A stretch of DNA of 64,000 nt from Candidatus Deferrimicrobiaceae bacterium (GCA_963792415.1 CAWBVY010000001.1:288001-352000), one strand, 5' to 3'; positions 32,436 through 43,042 are shown, numbered from the stretch's first letter. The notes: generated from the letters alone by a model not told the origin. Numbers and translations: made by a program.

Positions 32436-33881
32436 TTATTTCGTCTCCTTGCCCAAACCGATCACCTTCCTCGCCTGGCGCGTCTTCTCCGGCAGGTCCG
32501 CCTGCCGAAGCATCACGATCCGCTGCGCCTGCGGGGAGCCGGCCCCGTGCAGCGCCTCCACCAGCGTGGACACCGACGTCATCCCCTCGATGTACCGGCA
32601 CAGCTTCCGCTTGTCCTCCGTCGAGAACCCCTGCTTCCCGGCGAAATATTTCTCGAGCAGGCCGCCCACCTCGCTGCTCCGGAAGTCGGCGTCGGACGGC
32701 AGGGTCGACAGGAGCCCCCCCGCGATGTCGTGCGTCAGCCGCCCCACCTGGTACACGAAGCGGGTCACGTTCTGCTTCACCGTGTTCGCCAGGAGCGGGT
32801 CCACCAGCCAGTTCCCGGCGGGGAGCTGTTTCCCCAGCGCGGAGGAGCCGATCGCCCCCGCGAAGTTCGTCTCCACGAGGTGGACGATCTCGGTGAGCTT
32901 GTCCCGCACGATGCTGTTCTTGATCGTCCCGTGGATCTCGGCCAGCAGGGCGGTCGCGCCGAGGAGAACGTCGGCGTTCCCCCCCTTGCAGCCGCCGTAG
33001 TTCGCCCGGTGCCACGCCGAGAAACGGTCGACGAGCGATCCCGCGAACTCCCCCTCCCCGTCCATGAAGACCCGTTCGTTCGGGACGAAGACGTTCTCGA
33101 AGATCAGCGTGCTCTCGCCGCCGACCACCCCCCACTCCGTGCCGCAGTCGATCGTTCCGGCCTCCTCCTTCCGCTCGTCGTTGCTCTGCCGGCCGAAGAC
33201 GAGCGAAAGCCCCGGCGCGTCGATCGGGACCGCGCAGGCGACCGCGTAGTCGGCCCCCTCCGGCGGAAGCCCGAGCGTGGGCATCACGAGGATCTCGTGG
33301 GAGTTCGCCGCCCCCGTGATGTGCGTCTTGGCGCCCCGGATCACGATCCCGTCGGGCCCCCGCTCGACGATGCGGACGTACAGGTCCGGGTCGGCCTGCT
33401 GCCAGGGGGCGAGGGACCGGTCCCCCTTCGCGTCGGTCATCGCCCCGGCCGACATGAGGTCCTCCTGCTGCAGCCGGGCGAGGAACTCCCGGAACCGCGG
33501 GTGGTACCCCGTCCCCTTCGCCTTGTCGACGTCGTACGTCACGGACCAGAGGGCGTTGATCGCGTCGAGCCCCACGCACCGCTGGAAGCAGGTCCCCGTC
33601 TCCCGCCCGATGAACCGGAGCATGGCGATCTTCCGGATCAGGTCCTCCACGCTCCAGAACAGGTGCGTGAACCGGGAGATCTTCGCCCCGTCCAGGTTCG
33701 ACGTCGCCGTCATGACCTCGTCGTACTGTCCCCCCGCCGCCAGGTCGTACGTCGCCGCCGCGGTCCGGACGTGGGGCGCGAGCGCGGGATGGTCGTACGG
33801 GTTGTCCAGCCGCACCCCGCGGTAGAAGATCCTCGGCTTCAGCATTTTCAGGCTTTTCACGTACTGCGCGCCGTTCATCAT
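32436..33881 (-). CDS. abfD: 4-hydroxybutyryl-CoA dehydratase-like (AbfD/HpaB family) FAD/[4Fe-4S] enzyme
   Basis: GTCFQRCVGLDA, MTDAKGDRS, H.ANYGGCKGG, HGAGSPQAQ. Confidence 0.8.
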   Translation of the reverse strand: MMNGAQYVKSLKMLKPRIFYRGVRLDNPYDHPALAPHVRTAAATYDLAAGGQYDEVMTATSNLDGAKISRFTHLFWSVEDLIRKIAMLRFIGRETGTCFQRCVGLDAINALWSVTYDVDKAKGTGYHPRFREFLARLQQEDLMSAGAMTDAKGDRSLAPWQQADPDLYVRIVERGPDGIVIRGAKTHITGAANSHEILVMPTLGLPPEGADYAVACAVPIDAPGLSLVFGRQSNDERKEEAGTIDCGTEWGVVGGESTLIFENVFVPNERVFMDGEGEFAGSLVDRFSAWHRANYGGCKGGNADVLLGATALLAEIHGTIKNSIVRDKLTEIVHLVETNFAGAIGSSALGKQLPAGNWLVDPLLANTVKQNVTRFVYQVGRLTHDIAGGLLSTLPSDADFRSSEVGGLLEKYFAGKQGFSTEDKRKLCRYIEGMTSVSTLVEALHGAGSPQAQRIVMLRQADLPEKTRQARKVIGLGKETK

Positions 33882-35434
33882 CGGGCTTCCTCCTGCGAGC
33901 GGCTCTCCCACTCTCTCCGTAATTCCTTCTTCAATATTTTCCCCCCGGGGTTCCGGGGGATCGCATCCGCGATCCCCACCTGGACCGGGACCTTGTAGTC
34001 CGCGAGGCGGGCGCGGCAGAACGCCTGGACCATCGAAGGGTCGATCGTGGCGCCGGGCAGCGGGACCAGGCGGGCCGCCGGGACCTCCCCGAACACGGGG
34101 TGGGGGATCCCGAACACCGCCGCCTCCGCGACCCCGGGGCACATGTAGAGGACGTTCTCCACCTCGAGGCTGTAGATCTTCTCCCCGCCCCGGTTGATCA
34201 TGTCCTTGGCCCGGTCGAGGATGTACACGAATCCGTCCCCGTCGATCCGGGCGACGTCCCCGGTCTTCAGCCACCCGTCGCGGATCGCCTCCCGCGTCTT
34301 TTCCGGCGCGCCGAAGTACCCCCGCACGATGTGCGGTCCCCGGAGGTACAGTTCGCCGGGCTCCCCGGGCGGAAGCGTCGCTCCGTCGGCGCCGCGCACC
34401 TCGGCCTCCGTCCCCGGGACGGCGAGCCCCACCGACTCGGACCGGGTGAGCGCGAACTCCGACGGGAGGACGGTCCCCAGCGACGAGCACTCCGTCAGCC
34501 CGTAGCAGTTGTGGAGCCGGGCGGGCATCGCCCGGTTCAGCGCCTCGATCGTCTCCGGCGCCATCGGCGCGCCGCCGTACGCCGCGATCCTCACCGACGA
34601 GAGATCGAAGCCGCCGAGGTCGCTCCGGAGCGTGAACAGCTTGTAGATCGCGGGGACGAAAAAGAGCGCCGTGACGCGGTTCCGGGCGATCCGCTCGAGA
34701 ACCTGCCCCGTGTCGTACTCCTTCTGCAGCGCCACCGTCGCGCCGCACGCCAGGAGGGCCACCAGCTGGGAGTGAAGCCCCGTGACGTGAAACAGGGGCA
34801 GCGCGATGAGACCCACGTCGTCCTCGCGGTACCCCAGCGTGGCGCGGCAGGAGTCGACGTTGAACAGGGTGTTCCGGTGGGAGATCATCGCCCCCTTGGG
34901 GAAGCCCGTCGTCCCCGACGTGTACAGGAGCACGGCCACGTCGTCGGGAGCCGCCGGCGCCGGCGCGGGGACCGGGTCCGGAGAGAGGGCGTCGCCGAAC
35001 GGGTGGGAACCTTCCCCCCCGCCGTCCACGAGGAGCCAGGTCCCCACCCCCCGGACACCTTCCTGCCCGGCGACCTTTCCGAACTGCTCCGAGGTCGTCA
35101 CGACGACGGAGGCGGCGCAATCCGACAGGATGTAGGCGATTTCGGGAGGGGAAAGCCGGTAGTTCACCGGCACCGCCACGCACCCGGCCGCGATCGCCCC
35201 GAAATACGCGACGACGAACTCCGGGACGTTCCGGAGGAGGAGGGCGACGCGTTCCCCGGGGGCGACGGGGCGGGACCGGAGGAAGGCGGCGAACCTGCGG
35301 CAACGGTCGTCCAGCGCGGCGTACGACAACGGATCCCCCGCGTCGGAGAGGACGGCCGTCTTCTCCCCCCGCAGCCGCGCCTGGAGAACCGGAATGTCGG
35401 CGATCGCGGCGAACGGCGGCTCCCGGGTCACCAT
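33878..35434 (-). CDS. Acyl-CoA synthetase (AMP-forming)
   Basis: YTSGTTGFPKG, YGLTE, TGD, RAKDMINRGGE. Confidence 0.92.
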   Translation of the reverse strand: MVTREPPFAAIADIPVLQARLRGEKTAVLSDAGDPLSYAALDDRCRRFAAFLRSRPVAPGERVALLLRNVPEFVVAYFGAIAAGCVAVPVNYRLSPPEIAYILSDCAASVVVTTSEQFGKVAGQEGVRGVGTWLLVDGGGEGSHPFGDALSPDPVPAPAPAAPDDVAVLLYTSGTTGFPKGAMISHRNTLFNVDSCRATLGYREDDVGLIALPLFHVTGLHSQLVALLACGATVALQKEYDTGQVLERIARNRVTALFFVPAIYKLFTLRSDLGGFDLSSVRIAAYGGAPMAPETIEALNRAMPARLHNCYGLTECSSLGTVLPSEFALTRSESVGLAVPGTEAEVRGADGATLPPGEPGELYLRGPHIVRGYFGAPEKTREAIRDGWLKTGDVARIDGDGFVYILDRAKDMINRGGEKIYSLEVENVLYMCPGVAEAAVFGIPHPVFGEVPAARLVPLPGATIDPSMVQAFCRARLADYKVPVQVGIADAIPRNPGGKILKKELRREWESRSQEEAR

Positions 35435-36192
35435 ATCGTCCACCCGCCGTCGACGTAGATCGTCTGCCCCGTGATGAAATCCGACGCCTTCGAGGCGAGG
35501 AAGATCACCGTCCCCTCGAGCTCCTCCGGCTGCCCCCAGCGGCCCATCGGCGTCCGCTCGTTGATGAACCGGAACCGCTCCGGGTCGTCCCGCAGCGTCG
35601 CCACCAGGGGGGTCTCGAAGTACGTCGGCCCGATGGCGTTCACCTGGACGTTGTGCGGCGCCCACTCGATCGCCATCACCTTCGTCATCTGGTTGATGCC
35701 GCCCTTGCTGCAGGCGTACGCCAGCTGGTTGTTCATCCCCACGGCGCCGAAGATCGAGGAGATGTGGATGACCTTCCCCCGCTGCCGCCGGATCATGTGC
35801 GGGGCGACGGCCTGCGCGACGAGAAAGTACCCCTTCAGGTTCGTGTCGAGGACGCGGTCCCACTCCCCCTCCGACAGGTCGAGGGTCGTCTTGCGGACGT
35901 TCACCCCGGCGTTGTTCACCAGGATGTCGATCCCGCCGAACGCGCCGGCGACCGCCTCGACGGCCTCCGCCACGCTCTCCCGGCGCAGGACGTCCATCGC
36001 GAACGTCTCCGCACGGACCCCCAGCGCCTCCGCCGCCGCGCGGGTCTCCCGAAGCCCCGCCGCGTCCCGGGCGCACAGCGCCAGGCCGCACCCCGCCTTC
36101 GCCAGCCCCAGCGCCATCGCGCGCCCGAGCCCCTTCGACGCGCCGGTGACCAGCGCCGCCTTCCCGGTCAGGTCGAACAGGTCCGTGCCCAC
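35428..36192 (-). CDS. Short-chain dehydrogenase/reductase (KduD/gluconate 5-dehydrogenase-like)
   Basis: TGASKGLG, NNAG, YACSK. Confidence 0.9.
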   Translation of the reverse strand: MGTDLFDLTGKAALVTGASKGLGRAMALGLAKAGCGLALCARDAAGLRETRAAAEALGVRAETFAMDVLRRESVAEAVEAVAGAFGGIDILVNNAGVNVRKTTLDLSEGEWDRVLDTNLKGYFLVAQAVAPHMIRRQRGKVIHISSIFGAVGMNNQLAYACSKGGINQMTKVMAIEWAPHNVQVNAIGPTYFETPLVATLRDDPERFRFINERTPMGRWGQPEELEGTVIFLASKASDFITGQTIYVDGGWTIW

Positions 36193-36202
36193 GTTGCGCG
36201 CC

Positions 36203-36904
36203 TCACACCACCAGGTATTTCCGGATGACCTCTTCGTTCCCCCAGATCTCCTCCATCCCCCCGCCGAACCGGACCGCCCCCTTCTCGAGGATGTACCCGC
36301 GGCCGCACACCTTCCGGCAGAACTTCAGGTTCTGGTCGGCGAGCAGGATCGTCACCCCCTGCCCGTGGATCCGGCCGAGCACCTCCACCAGGTTCGCCAC
36401 CACCAGCGGCGCGAGCCCCTCGGACGGCTCGTCGAGCAGGAGCACGGACGGGTTCGACATCAGCGCCCGGCCGATCCCCAGCATCTTCTTCTCCCCGCCC
36501 GACAGGTTGATCCCCTTCGCCGGGCCGAGGTCCGCGAGCTTCGGAAAGAGCTCGTACACCCGCTCCCGGTTCCAGTATCCGTCCCGCCGGGAGAGCCTGC
36601 GCGCGATCTCCAGGTTCTCCTCCGTCGTGAGATCGGGAAAGATCCGCAGGTCGTCGGGCACGTACGCCACCCCGAGGCGGGCGACCTCGTACGGCGGGAG
36701 GCCGGCGATCTCCTTCCCGCGCAGCCGGATCGACCCCCGCTTCGGCGGCGAGAGCCCCATGATCGAACGCAGGGTGGTGGTCTTGCCGACGCCGTTCCTC
36801 CCCAGCAGGGCGACCACCTCCCCTTCCCCCACGGAGAGCGAAACCTCCTGGAGGATGTGGCTCGTCCCGTAGAACGTGTCGACGTTCGACGCTTCGAGGA
36901 TCAT
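36203..36904 (-). CDS. Branched-chain-type ABC ATPase (LivF-like)
   Basis: GRNGVGKTT, LSGGE, LLDEPSEGL. Confidence 0.9.
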   Translation of the reverse strand: MILEASNVDTFYGTSHILQEVSLSVGEGEVVALLGRNGVGKTTTLRSIMGLSPPKRGSIRLRGKEIAGLPPYEVARLGVAYVPDDLRIFPDLTTEENLEIARRLSRRDGYWNRERVYELFPKLADLGPAKGINLSGGEKKMLGIGRALMSNPSVLLLDEPSEGLAPLVVANLVEVLGRIHGQGVTILLADQNLKFCRKVCGRGYILEKGAVRFGGGMEEIWGNEEVIRKYLVV

Positions 36905-36908
36905 CGCC

Positions 36909-37691
36909 TCACTCCTCGTTGATCCGGAAGAGCTCGGACACGTCGTCCCCCAGGTACACCTCGCGCACCTTCGCGTCGGCCCGCACCTCCGCGGGGGTGC
37001 CGTCGCAGAGGATCTCCCCGCGGTGGAGGACGATGATCCGCTCGGAGAGGGAGAACACCACGTCCATGTCGTGCTCCACCACCACGAAGGTGGTGCGCCC
37101 CTCGCCGGCGAGCTCGCGGATGTTCTCGAGGAGGCGGACCCGCTCCACGGGGTTCATCCCCGCCGTGGGCTCGTCGAGGAAGAGCAGCGTCGGGGCGGCG
37201 GCGAGCGCGACGCCGACTTCGAGGAGGCGCAAGTCCCCGTGGGACAGCGCGGTGGCGGGGGTGTCCCGCTCCGGAAGCAGGCCGACCTTCTCGAGCATCG
37301 CTTCCGTCTCCCGCAGGACCGCGGTCTCCCGCGAGAGGCTCCGGACCGGGTTCCACGCCCTTCCCTTGCGCGCCAGCACCGGGATCATCACGTTCTGCAA
37401 GACGGTGAGCTCCGGGAAGACGTTGACGACCTGGAACGACCGGCAGATCCCCAGGCGGACCCGCTCGTGGATGGGGAGGCGGGTGATCTCCCGCCCCTGG
37501 AAGCGGATCTTCCCGGCCTGCACCGGGAGGTGCCCCGTGAGGAGGTTGATCAGCGTCGACTTCCCCGCCCCGTTCGGCCCGATGATGGAGGTGAGGACGC
37601 CCGGCTCGAACCGGAGGTCGAGATCGAGCGCGGTGCAGACCATCCCGAAGTGGTTCGACAGCTTCTCCGTCGTGAGGAGGGGCTCGCCCAT
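36909..37691 (-). CDS. Branched-chain-type ABC ATPase (LivG-like)
   Basis: GPNGAGKST, DEPTAGM, EHDM. Confidence 0.9.
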   Translation of the reverse strand: MGEPLLTTEKLSNHFGMVCTALDLDLRFEPGVLTSIIGPNGAGKSTLINLLTGHLPVQAGKIRFQGREITRLPIHERVRLGICRSFQVVNVFPELTVLQNVMIPVLARKGRAWNPVRSLSRETAVLRETEAMLEKVGLLPERDTPATALSHGDLRLLEVGVALAAAPTLLFLDEPTAGMNPVERVRLLENIRELAGEGRTTFVVVEHDMDVVFSLSERIIVLHRGEILCDGTPAEVRADAKVREVYLGDDVSELFRINEE

Positions 37692-37695
37692 CGCG

Positions 37696-38664
37696 CTATC
37701 CCTTCCCCGGGGCGGCGGCCTTCCGGAACAGGGCCGACACGGTCCCGACGACCCCGCCGCGGAACCCCAGGATGATCACCAGGAGGACGATCCCGAACCA
37801 GAGCATCCAGTTCTCGGTGAACCGCTGGATGATCTCCCGCATCGCGACGAAGATCGCGCTCCCGACCAGGGGGCCCGCGAGCGACGACAGCCCGCCGAGC
37901 AGGCTGACCAGGACCGGCTCCGCGGAGTGGGTCCAGTGGGCCATGAAGGGGCGCGCGTTGCTCTCCAGGAGCGCCTCCAGCGCGCCGGCGAGGCCCGCGA
38001 ACGCCCCGCTCAGCGCGAAGACGGCCAGGCGGTAGCGCCGCACCGGGACGCCGGCGAATTCGCTGCGCCGGGCGTTCTCCCGGATCCCCGCCAGCGCCAG
38101 CCCGAAGGGGGATTGCCGGACCCGGTGGGCGGCCCACAGGCTCAGCGCGAAGAAGAAGAGCACGAAGAAGTAGAATTGCCGGTCCTTTCCGATCGGGATG
38201 GCGATCCCGCCGAAGAGCGACACGGGGGCCCGCAGGATGCCGATCAGCCCGTCGTCCCCGCCGGTGATCTCCCGGGCGTTCCAGAAGAAGGAGAAGGCCA
38301 TCATCCCGCACGCCAGGGTCAGCATCGCGAAGTAGATCTCCGTGTGGCGGACGCAGAGGTAGCCGACCAGGAGCGCGAGGAGGACCGCCGCGGCGATCCC
38401 CGCCGCCACCCCGAGAAGGGGGTGGGTCGAGACGTGGACCCCGAAAAGCCCCAGCCCGTAGGCGCCGGCGGCGTAGAACGCGCCGTGCCCGAAGGAGAGG
38501 AGCCCCGTCTGCCCGAGGAGGAGGTTGTACCCGACGGCGAAGATCCCCAGGAGCATGATCCGCATCGCGAGGTAGATCGTGAACTTTCCGGCGAGGAACG
38601 GCACCGCGCACAGTGCCAGGAGAACGGCCGCCGCGGCGACGGCGTTGCGCGTCTGCGCCTTCAT
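37696..38664 (-). CDS. ABC permease (LivM-like)
   Basis: GQTGLLSFGH, YFAMLTLA, TGGDDG. Confidence 0.9.
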   Translation of the reverse strand: MKAQTRNAVAAAAVLLALCAVPFLAGKFTIYLAMRIMLLGIFAVGYNLLLGQTGLLSFGHGAFYAAGAYGLGLFGVHVSTHPLLGVAAGIAAAVLLALLVGYLCVRHTEIYFAMLTLACGMMAFSFFWNAREITGGDDGLIGILRAPVSLFGGIAIPIGKDRQFYFFVLFFFALSLWAAHRVRQSPFGLALAGIRENARRSEFAGVPVRRYRLAVFALSGAFAGLAGALEALLESNARPFMAHWTHSAEPVLVSLLGGLSSLAGPLVGSAIFVAMREIIQRFTENWMLWFGIVLLVIILGFRGGVVGTVSALFRKAAAPGKG

Positions 38665-38671
38665 CGGCCGC

Positions 38672-39538
38672 TCACCGCGTCGCCCCGAAGAGTCCCTGCG
38701 GCCGCCACAGCAGGACCACCGCCATCAGGATGAAGGTGAGGGCCATGTCGAACGCGGGGAAGAACCGGGTCCCGAAGGCGGAGAGGACGCCGATCACCAG
38801 GGCCCCGACGAACGCCCCCTTCAGGCTCCCCAGCCCGCCGATCACGGCGACGATGAACGCCTCGATGATGATCGTGTCCCCCATGCCGGGGGTCAGCAGC
38901 CCCACGTAGGGGACCGCCAGCCCGCCGCCCAGGGCGCCGAGCCAGGTGCCGAAGACGAAGACGCCGGTGAAGAGGGCCGGGACCCGGACGCCCAGGCTGG
39001 CCGCCATTTCGCGGTCCGAGGAGGACGCCCGGATGATCCGCCCGTACCACGTCTTCTCCAGCAGGGCCCACAGGAGGAGCGCCACCGCGGGCCCCACGGC
39101 GATGATGAACAGGTTGTAGACCGGGAATTTCCGCCCCAGGATCGGGACCGACCCGCCGAGGAAGGAAAGGGAGGGGGGCGAGAGCGCCCCCCCTCCCCAG
39201 ACGATCTTCACGAGGTTGTCGAAGATCAGGACGAACGCGAACGTGAGCAGCAGCTGGTACGGCAGCGCGATCCGGTAGACGTGGCGCAGGAAGAACCGCT
39301 CCACCACGAACCCGACCGCGCAGACCGCCAGGGGGCCCAGGAGGAGCCCCGCCCAGTATCCGGCCCCGAGGTACCTGAGGACGGTGAAGGAGCAGTACGC
39401 CCCCAGCATGTAGAAGCTGCCGTGGGCGAAGTTCAGCACCCCGAGGACGCCGAAGATCAGCGTCAGCCCGCTGGCCACGAGCCAGATGAACATCCCGCTG
39501 GAAAGTCCGGCGAGGATCACGTGAACGTACGACTGCAT
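38672..39538 (-). CDS. ABC permease (LivH-like)
   Basis: GLTLIFG...NFAHG, GGLGS. Confidence 0.9.
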   Translation of the reverse strand: MQSYVHVILAGLSSGMFIWLVASGLTLIFGVLGVLNFAHGSFYMLGAYCSFTVLRYLGAGYWAGLLLGPLAVCAVGFVVERFFLRHVYRIALPYQLLLTFAFVLIFDNLVKIVWGGGALSPPSLSFLGGSVPILGRKFPVYNLFIIAVGPAVALLLWALLEKTWYGRIIRASSSDREMAASLGVRVPALFTGVFVFGTWLGALGGGLAVPYVGLLTPGMGDTIIIEAFIVAVIGGLGSLKGAFVGALVIGVLSAFGTRFFPAFDMALTFILMAVVLLWRPQGLFGATR

Positions 39539-39542
39539 TACA

Positions 39543-40838
39543 TCACTTGAACGGCGGAGTCGTCCCCGGCCCCTCGAACGGCGGCCGGTTGTAATAGTCC
39601 TTCGCCGGGATGACCTTCATGTTCTTCATGACCTTGAACGGGTATTTCGGGTCGGACACCGTCTGCCCCCAGGGGACGTCGTACATCGCCTGGTGGTCCT
39701 CTTTCCGGAAGACCCGCGTGCCCGCCGGGCAGACCTGCTCCATCCCCTCGAGCGCCGCGATGACCGCCTTGGTGTCCTTCGATCCCGCCTTCTCGACGGC
39801 CGCCTTGAACGCGTAGATCGCCGAGTAGCCGGTCTCGGAGACGTACGCCGGGTAATGGTTCCAGCGCTTCCGGAAGGCCGCCACCCAGTCGTTGTTCTCC
39901 TTGCTGTTCGGGTACTGGAAGAAGTACCGGGCCGAGATCCAGATGTTGTCGGGCATGTCCTTCCCGAGCCCCTCGAGGACGTCCATGGCCGCCCCGACCG
40001 GGAACATGACGTATTTCACCTTTTCGAAGAGGCCGGCTTCCTTCGCCTGCCGGACGAAGGAGATGAGCTCCCCCGCCCACTCGGTCGAATAGAGGGCGTC
40101 GGGCTTGGCGTCCATGATCGTGTTGATGTGGGAGCGGAAATCGGTGGTGCCGAAGGGGGCGAACGACTCCGCGACGAACTGGGCGGACGGCTTCAGCCCC
40201 TTCAGGGACTCCTGGAACATCTTCCAGCAGGTGAAGCCGTATTCGTACTTGGGGCTCACCGTGGCCCACTTCACGGCGGGGAAATCCTTCGCGATGAAGG
40301 CCGCCGCGTGCCCGTCGTTGTACACGGGCATGCAGTTCCGGAAGATCTGCTTGATCCCCTTCTTGAACACGAACTCCTCGGTCAGCTTCTCCGTGGCGCC
40401 GTGCGTCACCATCAGGACCCGGTCGAGCTGGGCCATCACCGGGGCCAGCGCCAGCGCCTGCCCCGAGGAGTCGATGCCGGCCAGGAAGTCGGCGCCCCAG
40501 CTGTCCACGAAGTAGCGGGCGTTCTTGATCGCCTCGTCGGCCTTCGTGGTCGAGTCGCGGAAATCCATCTCGACCTTCTGCCCGGCGATCCCCCCCTTCG
40601 CGTTGATCTCCTCGACCGCCATGGTCGCGCCCATCTTGTGGAACTCGCCGTACCCCGCGAGCGTCCCGGACAGGATCGCCTGGTACCCGATCTTGATCGG
40701 CCCCTTGACGGAAGGCGTCGCGCCCCAGACCCACTTCGGGGCGAGCAGGCCGCCGGCCAGCCCCCCTGTCGCCGCGGCCAGGGAACCGGCCCCGGTGAGC
40801 TTCAGGAAATCCCGTCGGTTCATCCCTCTCTTTCCCAT
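39543..40838 (-). CDS. ABC substrate-binding protein (LivK-type) with Tat signal
   Basis: NRRDFLK; IKIG..LSG, EINAKGG. Confidence 0.88.
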   Translation of the reverse strand: MGKRGMNRRDFLKLTGAGSLAAATGGLAGGLLAPKWVWGATPSVKGPIKIGYQAILSGTLAGYGEFHKMGATMAVEEINAKGGIAGQKVEMDFRDSTTKADEAIKNARYFVDSWGADFLAGIDSSGQALALAPVMAQLDRVLMVTHGATEKLTEEFVFKKGIKQIFRNCMPVYNDGHAAAFIAKDFPAVKWATVSPKYEYGFTCWKMFQESLKGLKPSAQFVAESFAPFGTTDFRSHINTIMDAKPDALYSTEWAGELISFVRQAKEAGLFEKVKYVMFPVGAAMDVLEGLGKDMPDNIWISARYFFQYPNSKENNDWVAAFRKRWNHYPAYVSETGYSAIYAFKAAVEKAGSKDTKAVIAALEGMEQVCPAGTRVFRKEDHQAMYDVPWGQTVSDPKYPFKVMKNMKVIPAKDYYNRPPFEGPGTTPPFK

Positions 40839-40941
40839 AGGTCCTCCCTCAACGCGTGATCTCGTGAATGCATCGACGCGTCAGGCGACGCCTCGACGCA
40901 TTGACGGCGGTGGTGAACGGTCATCATACCCCGGCGATTCC

Positions 40942-41916
40942 TCAGAAATCCATCGACGCGCGGATCGCCCGCAGCGTCCTGTCCGGGTCCGGCAGGTACG
41001 ACGTTTCGAGGGCGTAGGGGAACGGGGTGTCGTACCCCGTCACGCGCGCGACGGGCGCCTTCAGGTGCAGGAAGCACCGCTCCTGGACGAGCGCGGAAAC
41101 TTCCGCGCCGAAGCCGCACGTCCGGGGCGCCTCGTGGAGGACGACGGCCCGGCCCGTCCGCCTGACCGACGCCTCGATCATCGCGATGTCCAGCGGCCAC
41201 AGGGTGCGCGGGTCGATGACCTCGACGTCGACCCCTTCGGACGCAGCGGCAGCGGCCGCCTTTTCGGCGACCGGCACCATCGCCCCCCACGCGATGAGCG
41301 TCACGTCGGCCCCGGGCCGGACGATCCGCCCCACGCCAAGCGGAACGAGGTGCTCCCCCTCCGGCACCTCCCCCTTCACGGTCCGGTAGAGCGCCTTCGG
41401 CTCGAGGAAGATCACCGGGTCCTCCCCGCGGATCGCCGAGGAGAGGAGCCCCTTCGCGTCGGCCGGCGTCGACGGCATCGCGACGACCAGCCCCGCGGTG
41501 TGGATGTAGTACGCCTCCGGGCTCTGGGAGTGGTAGTGCCCTCCCCGGATCCCGCCGCCCGAGGGGGCGCGCAGCACGACCGCCGCCGTGAACTGCCCCG
41601 CGGAGCGGTACCGCATCTTCGACATCTCCGAGACGATCTGGTCGAACGCCGTGTGGATGAAATCGGAGAACTCGATCTCGGCGACCGGGCGCAGGCCGCT
41701 CATCGCCATCCCGATCGCCATCCCGACGATCCCGACCTCGTTCAGCGGCGTGTCGATCACCCGCTCCGGACCGAATCGCCGGAGCAATCCTTCCGTCGTC
41801 CGGAAGACCCCCCCCGCGCGGCCGATGTCCTCCCCGAGGAGGCAGACCGACGGGTCCCGCGCCATCTCGGTCGCGAGCGCGTCGTTGATCGCCTTGATCA
41901 GCGTCATCTCGGCCAT
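40942..41916 (-). CDS. 2-oxoacid dehydrogenase E1 beta, BCKDH/PDH-like
   Basis: GEDIG..GGVFR, DTPLNE, HSQSPE. Confidence 0.92.
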   Translation of the reverse strand: MAEMTLIKAINDALATEMARDPSVCLLGEDIGRAGGVFRTTEGLLRRFGPERVIDTPLNEVGIVGMAIGMAMSGLRPVAEIEFSDFIHTAFDQIVSEMSKMRYRSAGQFTAAVVLRAPSGGGIRGGHYHSQSPEAYYIHTAGLVVAMPSTPADAKGLLSSAIRGEDPVIFLEPKALYRTVKGEVPEGEHLVPLGVGRIVRPGADVTLIAWGAMVPVAEKAAAAAASEGVDVEVIDPRTLWPLDIAMIEASVRRTGRAVVLHEAPRTCGFGAEVSALVQERCFLHLKAPVARVTGYDTPFPYALETSYLPDPDRTLRAIRASMDF

Positions 41917-41920
41917 CGCC

Positions 41921-42992
41921 TCACCCCTTTCCGGAGAGCAGGGCGTCGCGCTGCTCGGCGAGGTGCCACGGGATTTCCGCGTAGACGTCCTCGAACATGC
42001 TGGACAGCGGCACGGGGGGTGCGGCCTCCGCCGCCTCGACCGCGCCGCGCACGGCCTCCTTCGCCCCCGCCTCCTCCGCGGCCGGGTCCGCGAGCAGGCC
42101 CCGCCCCTGGAGGAACGCGGCGAACCGCCGGATCGGGTCCTTCTCCCTCCAGGCCGCCACCTCCTCGTCCGACCGGTAGACCGTCGGGTCGTCGGAGGTC
42201 GAGTGCGGCCCGAGGCGATACGTGAGCGCCTCGATCATCGTGCCCCCACCCCCGGCCCGCGCGCGCTCCATCGCGTCCCCGACGACCTTGCGGACCGCCA
42301 GCACGTCGTTCCCGTCGACGCGGACGCCGGGAAGGCCGTACGCCGCGGCCTTCTCCGCCAGCGTCCCGGTCGCCGTCTGGCGCTCCACGGGGACGGAGAT
42401 CGCGTACCGGTTGTTCTCGCAGAAGAAGACCACCGGCAGCCGGAAGACCCCGGTGAAGTTCATCGACGCGTGGAAGTCCCCCGTGGAGGTCCCGCCGTCG
42501 CCGAACGTGGTGAGGACGGCGATCCGCTCCCCGCGCACCTTCGCAGCGTACGCCGCCCCGACGGCGTGGGGGAGCTGCGTGGCCACCGGGGAGGAGACCG
42601 ACACCAGGCGGATGGACCGGTCGCACCAGTGGTTCGGCATCTGCCGCCCCCGCGTCGCGTCCGTCGCGCGCCCGATCATCTGGCCGACCAGGGCGGCGAG
42701 CGGGTACCCCCGCATCAGCCCGACCCCGTGGTCCCGGTACGCCGGAAAGATCCAGTCCCCCTCGCGCACGGCGTGTCCCGCCCCGATCGAGCACGCCTCC
42801 TGGCCGGTCGACGGGACGAAGAAGCCGATCCGGCCGGACCGCTGGAGGGCGACCGCCTTCTCGTCGATCGCCCGCAGCAGCACCATGTGCCGGTAGAGGG
42901 AGAGCAGCTCCGGATCGGGCAGCCCGGGATCGAGCAGACGGGTCGACCGTCCCGTCCTTCCGCAGGACCGACAGGATTCCCGCGTCCGCCAT
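41921..42992 (-). CDS. 2-oxoacid dehydrogenase E1 alpha, BCKDH/PDH-like, with frameshift near 42938
   Basis: GRQMPNH, GDGGTS...ENN, HSTSDD; the N-terminus MADAGILSVLRKDG lies in another frame. Confidence 0.85.
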
Positions 42993-43042
42993 GACGTTCC
43001 TCCCTTCTTCGCGCTGCCGGGCGGCGCCCGCCCCCCGACGCC

